The notes below the pieces were generated by a model. It was not told the origin of the DNA, made no database searches, and saw only the letters and a list, made by a program, of their open reading frames with translations. From positions 64,934 through 128,933 of the forward strand of contig JAZSNS010000031.1 of the NCBI GenBank assembly GCA_045536535.1: a stretch of DNA of 64,000 nucleotides, given 5' to 3'. This stretch comes from Eubacteriales bacterium. GTDB lineage: Bacteria; Bacillota; Clostridia; Oscillospirales; CAG-382. Position numbers and translations under genes: made by a program. Positions 62,208 to 64,000 of this stretch are shown here, piece after piece; positions within the stretch are counted from its first letter, which is position 1; each line of letters opens with the position of its first letter.

Positions 62208-63461
62208 ATGACAAGCATAATTAAAAATGCCGCAGCAGGACAGAAGAAGGCTTTGGAAACCCTTTACCACAGCGTTGAAAAAAAGGTTTTCTTTTTAGCA
62301 TGTTCTTTGCTTGGCGATGAAAAGGAAGCGGTCAACGCTTCGGTACAGGCTTTTAAAAGTGCATTTGAGTCCTTGAAAAACGAAGGCATCGAAACCGAGA
62401 AGGATTTTTCCGATCTCGTCATAAAAAAGCTTGCGAATAACTGTAAAAAGATCATTACCAAAAAGGATCAGAAGGCTTTTAAAATCCCTGCCAACAAGAA
62501 CTTCGTACTGACGGGTGCGGTTGACACCGATTGCAATAACACCGAACTCGCCGACCGTATTCTGGACAGATTCGCTTTTGTTCAGAAAACGGTTTTGGTT
62601 CTTGATATCGTCGGCGGACTTGACAAAAAACAGATCGCCGCGATTTGTAAAACAGACGTCAAAACCGTTGAAGCCGCGATCGATGCTCAAAACGGAAATA
62701 TCGAACGTCTTTCCGACGGGAAGATGACTCTTGAAAATATCTCTGATACGTTCAGAAAGCGCGAAAACGCGATTTCTCTTCCCCGAGAAGCAAATGACGA
62801 AATCAAAAAGATCATCGCTGAAATATCCGCACCTTATAAAAAGAGAAGACGCAACATTGCAATCATCATAACGTCTATCGTTCTTGTTGTTTGTCTGATC
62901 GCAACCGGTGTTATTATTCACAATTTGAACAACCAACCTCAGGAATATGAAGAAGGCGCGATCTACACCGCCGAAATCGAAGTTGAAAAATACGGTACTA
63001 TTAAACTCGAACTTGACTCAAACGTTGCGCCGATAACAGTCAAAAACTTCGTTTCGCTTGCGAACAGCGGTTTTTATGACGGCTTGACCTTCCACCGCAT
63101 CATAAGCGGATTTATGATTCAGGGTGGCGACCCCGACGGAAACGGCATGGGCGGTTCGGATGAAGAAATTTTCGGCGAATTCAGCGAAAACGGTTGGGAA
63201 AACAACCTTTTGCATAAGCGCGGCGTCATTTCAATGGCTCGCAGCGAAAAGCCCAACAGTGCAAGCTCGCAGTTCTTCATCATGCACAAAGATGCACCTC
63301 ATCTCGACGGCAAATATGCCGCATTCGGCTGGGTTACCGACGGTATTGAAGTTGTTGATGAAATTTGTGAAAAGGCCGCCGACCCTGTTGACGGAAACGG
63401 TTTGATCCACCCCGATCATCAGCCGAGGATAAAGACAATTAAGATCACAGGCACAAAATAA
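62208..63461 (+). CDS. membrane-anchored cyclophilin-type peptidyl-prolyl isomerase with sigma-70/ECF-like N-terminal domain
   Basis: C-terminal cyclophilin motifs are FHRIISGFMIQGGDP and SMARSEKPNSASSQFFI. There is a single TM segment (IAIIITSIVLVVCLIATGVII). The N-terminal ~230 aa resemble sigma region 2 and region 4. Start at ATG 62208 (MTSIIKN) is preferred over the track start at 62103, but is uncertain. Confidence 0.85.
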   Translation: MTSIIKNAAAGQKKALETLYHSVEKKVFFLACSLLGDEKEAVNASVQAFKSAFESLKNEGIETEKDFSDLVIKKLANNCKKIITKKDQKAFKIPANKNFVLTGAVDTDCNNTELADRILDRFAFVQKTVLVLDIVGGLDKKQIAAICKTDVKTVEAAIDAQNGNIERLSDGKMTLENISDTFRKRENAISLPREANDEIKKIIAEISAPYKKRRRNIAIIITSIVLVVCLIATGVIIHNLNNQPQEYEEGAIYTAEIEVEKYGTIKLELDSNVAPITVKNFVSLANSGFYDGLTFHRIISGFMIQGGDPDGNGMGGSDEEIFGEFSENGWENNLLHKRGVISMARSEKPNSASSQFFIMHKDAPHLDGKYAAFGWVTDGIEVVDEICEKAADPVDGNGLIHPDHQPRIKTIKITGTK

Positions 63462-63601
63462 CTCGCAACGGTCTACAAAAAGTTTAAGCTGTAAGGCGAA
63501 TACCCCGACGGAAACGGATTATCGCGGAAAGCGAAAGATATGTTATTGAACGTTTAATTGTTACAGAAATCAAAAACGACCAGTTTTAAGGAGATAAACA
63601 A

Positions 63602-64000
63602 ATGAAAGTAATTATGATCAACGGCAGTCCGAGAGTTAACGGTAACACCGCATTGGCACTTGCCGAAATGGAAAGCGTATTCCGCGCAAACGGAATCCAA
63701 ACCGAAACCATTCAAGTCGGTTATATGAACATGCGCGGCTGTCTCGCTTGCGATTATTGCAGAGAATGCAACAGATGCGTTTTTGACGACGCGGTCAACG
63801 ACGTTGCACCCAAATTTGAAAAAGCAGACGGTCTTGTTATTGCAAGCCCCGTTTACTACGCTTCCGCGAACGGAACGCTTATTTCTTTCCTTGACAGACT
63901 CTTTTACAGCACCACCTTTGACAGATCAATGAAAGTCGGCGCAAGCATTGCGGTTGCACGCAGAAGCGGCGCTACGGCAACCTTTGATGAGTTGAACAAA
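63602..64000 (+). CDS. flavodoxin-fold iron-sulfur flavoprotein / NADPH-dependent FMN reductase-like; 3' end cut by window
   Basis: Not in ORF track because it is open at the window end. AAGGAGA RBS; MKVIMINGSPRVNGNT..., Cys cluster CLACDYCRECNRC, ASPVYYASANG. Confidence 0.8.
   Translation, partial: MKVIMINGSPRVNGNTALALAEMESVFRANGIQTETIQVGYMNMRGCLACDYCRECNRCVFDDAVNDVAPKFEKADGLVIASPVYYASANGTLISFLDRLFYSTTFDRSMKVGASIAVARRSGATATFDELNK

Noticed and set aside
63462-63601. Possible remnant of a second cyclophilin gene. The 15-mer CCCCGACGGAAACGG at 63504-63518 repeats the one at 63131-63145 inside the PPIase gene, and a downstream frame reads YVIERLIVTEIK, which resembles a cyclophilin C-terminus.
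   Set aside because: The match is only 15 nt. Flanking similarity is poor, and the putative remnant needs frame changes. It is too short to distinguish from chance without a database alignment.

Overview
Chromosomal, mostly housekeeping window from a Firmicutes/Clostridia-type genome. This is judged from Gram-positive AGGAGG ribosome-binding sites, TGnTATAAT promoters with 17-nt spacers, tightly packed overlapping genes and typical clostridial gene content. No rRNA, CRISPR array, IS element, integrase or prophage gene was seen. Layout by region: (i) 1-7.7 kb, minus strand: dgt-like, dnaG, sigA, pheS, pheT, then an IreB-family gene cut by the window edge. (ii) 7.9-22.2 kb, plus strand: a DUF5685-like / J-domain / membrane-protein triad, then yicC, remA, rpoZ, priA, def, fmt, rsmB, rlmN, stp, prkC, rsgA. 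(iii) 22-33 kb, mixed: M23 peptidase, ilvE, DUF3810, a permease, tRNA-Thr(CGT), cca, a GHL10 lipoprotein, a small low-GC orphan island, a thioesterase, pncA-like, nadE, desulfoferrodoxin. (iv) 33.3-41.5 kb, minus strand: an eight-gene aromatic amino-acid operon (pheA, aroB, aroC, aroE/K fusion, aroQ, aroA, tyrA, DAHP synthase). It is preceded by a consensus promoter, a 22-codon Phe/Tyr-rich leader ORF and a terminator hairpin. (v) 41.7-46.3 kb: citrate synthase, FAD oxidoreductase, YhhN protein, LysR regulator. (vi) 46.5-61.3 kb, plus strand, a redox island: rex, an [FeFe]-hydrogenase-like protein, an LDH-family enzyme with Arg at the specificity position (probable malate dehydrogenase), fumC, hdrB-hdrC-hdrA-mvhD plus three Flx-like FeS/flavin subunits, an anchor-less SdhB/SdhA-like (fumarate-reductase-like) pair and an AAE-family transporter. 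(vii) 61.3-64 kb: an aquaporin, a sigma-like/TM/cyclophilin fusion, and a partial iron-sulfur flavoprotein. The two most interesting candidates are the Hdr/Flx-linked soluble fumarate-reductase-like module and the Phe/Tyr leader-peptide attenuator of the aro operon. All functional calls come from motif recognition by eye. No database search or RNA folding was run.
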